From NCBI GenBank assembly GCA_023416315.1, contig JAEZIA010000016.1, forward strand, positions 1-54,001: a DNA stretch of 54,001 bases, written 5' to 3'. The notes under the pieces are model-generated. The model ran no database searches and was not told the origin of the DNA. It saw only the letters and a list, made by a program, of their open reading frames with translations. Shown piece by piece: positions 50,850 to 54,001 of the stretch. Both the position numbers and the translations under genes were made by a program. Each line of letters opens with the position of its first letter. Position 1 is the first letter of the stretch. The stretch is from Actinomycetes bacterium (GTDB taxonomy: Bacteria > Actinomycetota > Actinomycetes > Mycobacteriales > Mycobacteriaceae).

Positions 50850-52250
50850 TCAGAAGGCCTTGCGCATTAGCCTGATCGCACGATCAGTATACGGCGGGTA
50901 CATGAGTTTGAGGTCAAATTTCGTCGGTTTGGCGAGCACGGCGCGTCGGTGACTGAGGGTCTCGAAGCCCCACTTCCCGTGGTACGCGCCCATACCGCTG
51001 GCGCCCACCCCACCGAACGGCAGCTGCGGCACCAGGCAGTGCACGGCCACATGGTTGATGACGGCACCGCCCGAGGGCATCCGGTCGACCAGATCCCGCG
51101 CCGCCGACTGGGACGCCGTGAAGACATACAACGCCAGCGGCTTGGGCCTGCTGTTGACGAACGCGACGGCGGCATCCGGGGAATCCACCGCGATGATCGG
51201 CAGGATCGGGCCGAAGATCTCGTCGGACATCACCGGGTCGTCGGCGGGCGGGTCGACGATCACAGTGGGCTCGATCCGCAGCGCCGCGCGGTCCGACTGG
51301 CCGCCGGTGACGACGGTGCCGCTGGTCGCGCTGATCAGCGACACCAGCCGGTCGAACTGCCGCTCGTTGACGATCCGCAGCGACGGATCCTTTTCTTCGG
51401 CGCGGAACTCGGCGATCGTCGCCACGATCTTGTCGGCCAGCGTCGCCGCGATCGTGCGGTCGGCCAGCACGTAGTCCGGGGCGATGCAGGTCTGCCCGGA
51501 GTTCAGCATCTTGATCCAGGCGATCCGGCGGGCCGCCACGTCCAGGTCGGCGTCGGCGAGGACCACCACCGGGCTCTTGCCGCCCAACTCCAGCGTCACC
51601 GGCGTCAAGGTCGGCGCGGCGGCCGCCATGATCTTGCGACCGATCTCGGTGCCGCCGGTGAACAGCGCATGGTCGAAGCCCTGCGCCAGCAGCTCCTGGG
51701 TGACGGCCGCGTCGCCCTCGACCACGCGGATCGCCTGGGAGTCCAGGTACTCGGGCACCAGCCGCGCGATCAGGGCCGACGTCTCAGGTGCCAGCTCGGA
51801 CGGCTTGATCACCACACCGTCGCCGGCGGCGATCGCCGCCACCAGCGGCGCCATGCACAGATAGAAGGGATAGTTCCACGGGCCGATCACCAGGATCACG
51901 CCCAGCGGATCGAACTGCACCCAGGCCTTTCCGGGCTGCTGCGCCAGGGGCAGCCCGAACTTCTTCGGCTTCACCCACTTCTTCAGGTGCTTGCGTGCGA
52001 ACGCGGCTTCGGCCTTCGTCGAGCCGATGTCCCCCAGCCAGGCCTCGAACGGCGAGCGGCCCAGATCGCGGCCCAGCGCTTCGGCGATCTCCACCTCCCG
52101 TTCGTCACACATCCGCTCGACGGCGCGCAGCTGTTCGGAACGCCACGACAGCGAGCGGGTGCGGCCGCTGTTGAAGACGCGCCGCACATCGGCCAGCACG
52201 CCGGCGGCGCCGCCCTCGGTGGCGTGGTCACTTGTGATCTGGACAGTCAT
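50850..52250 (-). CDS. Aldehyde dehydrogenase, ALDH3/fatty aldehyde type (Rv0147-like)
   Basis: IGPWNYP, FTGG, LELGGKSP, GQTCIAPDY, EIFGP, PFGGVGASGMG. ATG 52250 has a GAGGAG RBS. Confidence 0.93.
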   Translation of the reverse strand: MTVQITSDHATEGGAAGVLADVRRVFNSGRTRSLSWRSEQLRAVERMCDEREVEIAEALGRDLGRSPFEAWLGDIGSTKAEAAFARKHLKKWVKPKKFGLPLAQQPGKAWVQFDPLGVILVIGPWNYPFYLCMAPLVAAIAAGDGVVIKPSELAPETSALIARLVPEYLDSQAIRVVEGDAAVTQELLAQGFDHALFTGGTEIGRKIMAAAAPTLTPVTLELGGKSPVVVLADADLDVAARRIAWIKMLNSGQTCIAPDYVLADRTIAATLADKIVATIAEFRAEEKDPSLRIVNERQFDRLVSLISATSGTVVTGGQSDRAALRIEPTVIVDPPADDPVMSDEIFGPILPIIAVDSPDAAVAFVNSRPKPLALYVFTASQSAARDLVDRMPSGGAVINHVAVHCLVPQLPFGGVGASGMGAYHGKWGFETLSHRRAVLAKPTKFDLKLMYPPYTDRAIRLMRKAF

Positions 52251-52386
52251 GGGTACTCCTCGAATCGCTTCGGCTGATTCCAGCTTGCCCCAAGAGCGGT
52301 TCGGGGTCACCGGCCGCCCGTCGAACTTGGTCACGATCCTGCTTGTCACCACATTCGCAGCAGGGGTGCGCACTATCGTTTGACCC

Positions 52387-52947
52387 ATGGCAACCGTTGC
52401 CAACCGGGAGGCGTACTTCGAGACTGGTCTCGAGGTACTGGCCGACGTCGGTTATGGGGGGCTCAAACTGGCCGAAGTGTGCAACCGGCTCGGGGTGACA
52501 ACCGGGTCGTTCTACCACTATTTCGCGAGTTGGCCGGCCTACACGAGGGACCTGGTGTCGTACTGGGTGCAGGACCGGACGGTGCGGTTGATCAACGCGA
52601 TCCGCGAGGTTTCCGACCCCCGTCGCCGCATCGAGGCGATCATCGACGTCGGCCTGTCCCTGCCGCATGGGGCCGAGGCGGCGATCCGGTCGTGGAGTTC
52701 GGTCGACCCGCATGTGCTGGCGGTGCAGACCGAGGTGGACAAGGCGCGGCACAAGATTCTCTACGACTCCGCCGTCGAAATCGTCGCCGACGAGCGGCAA
52801 GCCGAGGTGTACGCCTCGTGGGCGGTCTATGTCTTCATCGGCTACGAGCAGGCCACGCTGCCACGGGAGCCGGGGACGTTCGCCTGGATCGCCCGCTACA
52901 TGCTCGACGCGCTGGACGCCGGCAGTTTCGCCAGCGTGCCCCAGTGA
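52387..52947 (+). CDS. TetR family regulator
   Basis: LKLAEVCNRLGVTTGSFYHYF helix-turn-helix. Divergent from the ALDH gene. Confidence 0.9.
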   Translation: MATVANREAYFETGLEVLADVGYGGLKLAEVCNRLGVTTGSFYHYFASWPAYTRDLVSYWVQDRTVRLINAIREVSDPRRRIEAIIDVGLSLPHGAEAAIRSWSSVDPHVLAVQTEVDKARHKILYDSAVEIVADERQAEVYASWAVYVFIGYEQATLPREPGTFAWIARYMLDALDAGSFASVPQ

Positions 52948-52951
52948 AAGC

Positions 52952-54001
52952 GTGTTGACACCGGCAGTCCTGTGGCGGCGGGCGGTCGAGCGGATCCGGA
53001 CGCGCGACCCCGAGAACGACGGTGCACGACGGGCCGCGCGCGCGGCGCTCGTCATCCCGGTCGCGGCGGCGGTCAGTTTTGGCGTCGGCGGATCGCAGAC
53101 GCCGCTGTTCACGATCTTCGGGTCGATCGCGCTGCTGATCGTGGTGGACTTCCCGGGCAATATGAACTCCCGCGCGCTGGCGTACGGCGGGCTGGGCTTC
53201 AACGGCGCCGTGCTGATCAGCGTCGGCACGCTGGTCGCGCCGATCCCGTGGCTGGCCGTTGCGCTCACGTTCGTCGTCGGGGCGGCCGTCTCGTTCTCCG
53301 GCGTGCTCAGCGAGACTATCGCCGCAGGTCAAAGGGCGACCTTGCTGACCTTCGTGCTTCCGGTGTGCACGCCGCCGGGTCCGCTCGGTGAGCGACTCCT
53401 CGGTTGGCTGATCGCTTTGGCGATCTGTGTGCCCGCCGCATTGTTCGTGTTTCCGCCCCGCCATCACGGCGAGCTGCGCGGGCATGCCGCCGCGGTGTGC
53501 GCGGCGCTGGCCGACCGGATCGAGGGCAGGGCGTCGGCCGCCGATGTCACCGCCGCGATGGACGCGCTGCGCGCAAATTTCCTGGGCGCCGCCTACCGCC
53601 CGGTGGCGCTGACCGCGGGCAGCCGTGCGCTGGTCCGCGTGGTCGACGACCTGCAATGGCTCTGCGATCGCGTCGCCGGCGACACCGGCGAGCTACTCGG
53701 CCCGATCAGTGCGCCGGTGGTGCGGGTGCTGCGGGACAGCGCCCAGGTTCTGCTGACCACCGACCCCGCCGCTCGGGACCGGGAGCGGGCGCTGCTGGCC
53801 GCGACGCTGACCGATCTGCGGACCGTCGCGGTCGGCACGTACCGCCAGGACATCGTCGACATCCTCGCCGAGCGCGACGACGAGGCGGCCGTCGCGCTGG
53901 GCCGCACCCTGCTCACCAGGCGCACCGTCGGCGCCGCGACCGGCGTGACCGGGCGGCTGATCGCCAGCGCCGCCGCCGCCGATGCGCGGCCGGTGTGGGC
54001 G
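52952..54001 (+). CDS. FUSC family membrane protein, truncated by the window edge
   Basis: Read manually: GTG 52952 gives ...RDPENDGARRAARAALVIP...FGSIALLIVVDFPG...ERLLGWLIA. I saw no stop before the window end. Confidence 0.8.
   Translation, partial: MLTPAVLWRRAVERIRTRDPENDGARRAARAALVIPVAAAVSFGVGGSQTPLFTIFGSIALLIVVDFPGNMNSRALAYGGLGFNGAVLISVGTLVAPIPWLAVALTFVVGAAVSFSGVLSETIAAGQRATLLTFVLPVCTPPGPLGERLLGWLIALAICVPAALFVFPPRHHGELRGHAAAVCAALADRIEGRASAADVTAAMDALRANFLGAAYRPVALTAGSRALVRVVDDLQWLCDRVAGDTGELLGPISAPVVRVLRDSAQVLLTTDPAARDRERALLAATLTDLRTVAVGTYRQDIVDILAERDDEAAVALGRTLLTRRTVGAATGVTGRLIASAAAADARPVWA

Overview
High-GC actinobacterial chromosome segment, almost certainly a mycobacterium and probably a rapid grower. 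From recalled protein sequences and gene order (no database search), it is collinear in reverse with the M. tuberculosis Rv0144-Rv0185 region: Rv0185/Rv0184/Rv0183, sigG, pirin, lprO, a complete mce1 lipid-import locus (mce1R, fadD5, yrbE1AB, mce1A-F, four mam genes), Rv0164, Rv0158, Rv0157A, fadE2, ptpB, pntAB, Rv0148 and Rv0144-0147-like genes. The clearest accessory element is a ~7 kb block (6051-13023) bounded by two diverged copies of the last 12 codons of a ferritin-like gene, which suggests gene-restoring integration. It carries a TetR-controlled cluster of CYP125-like P450, ketosteroid isomerase, two luciferase-like oxidoreductases, an SDR and a TIM-barrel protein, and has no integrase. 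Other notable signals are PafBC/RecA-NDp-type DNA-damage promoters before sigG and before a DUF2786 + HEXXH metalloprotease pair, a lipoprotein alpha/beta hydrolase lacking its catalytic serine coupled to the monoacylglycerol lipase, an NAD-dependent L-lactate dehydrogenase, a uORF coupled to yrbE1A, a small secreted-peptide gene facing a NarL/NarS pair, and many probable leaderless genes. I saw no rRNA, tRNA, CRISPR array or transposase.
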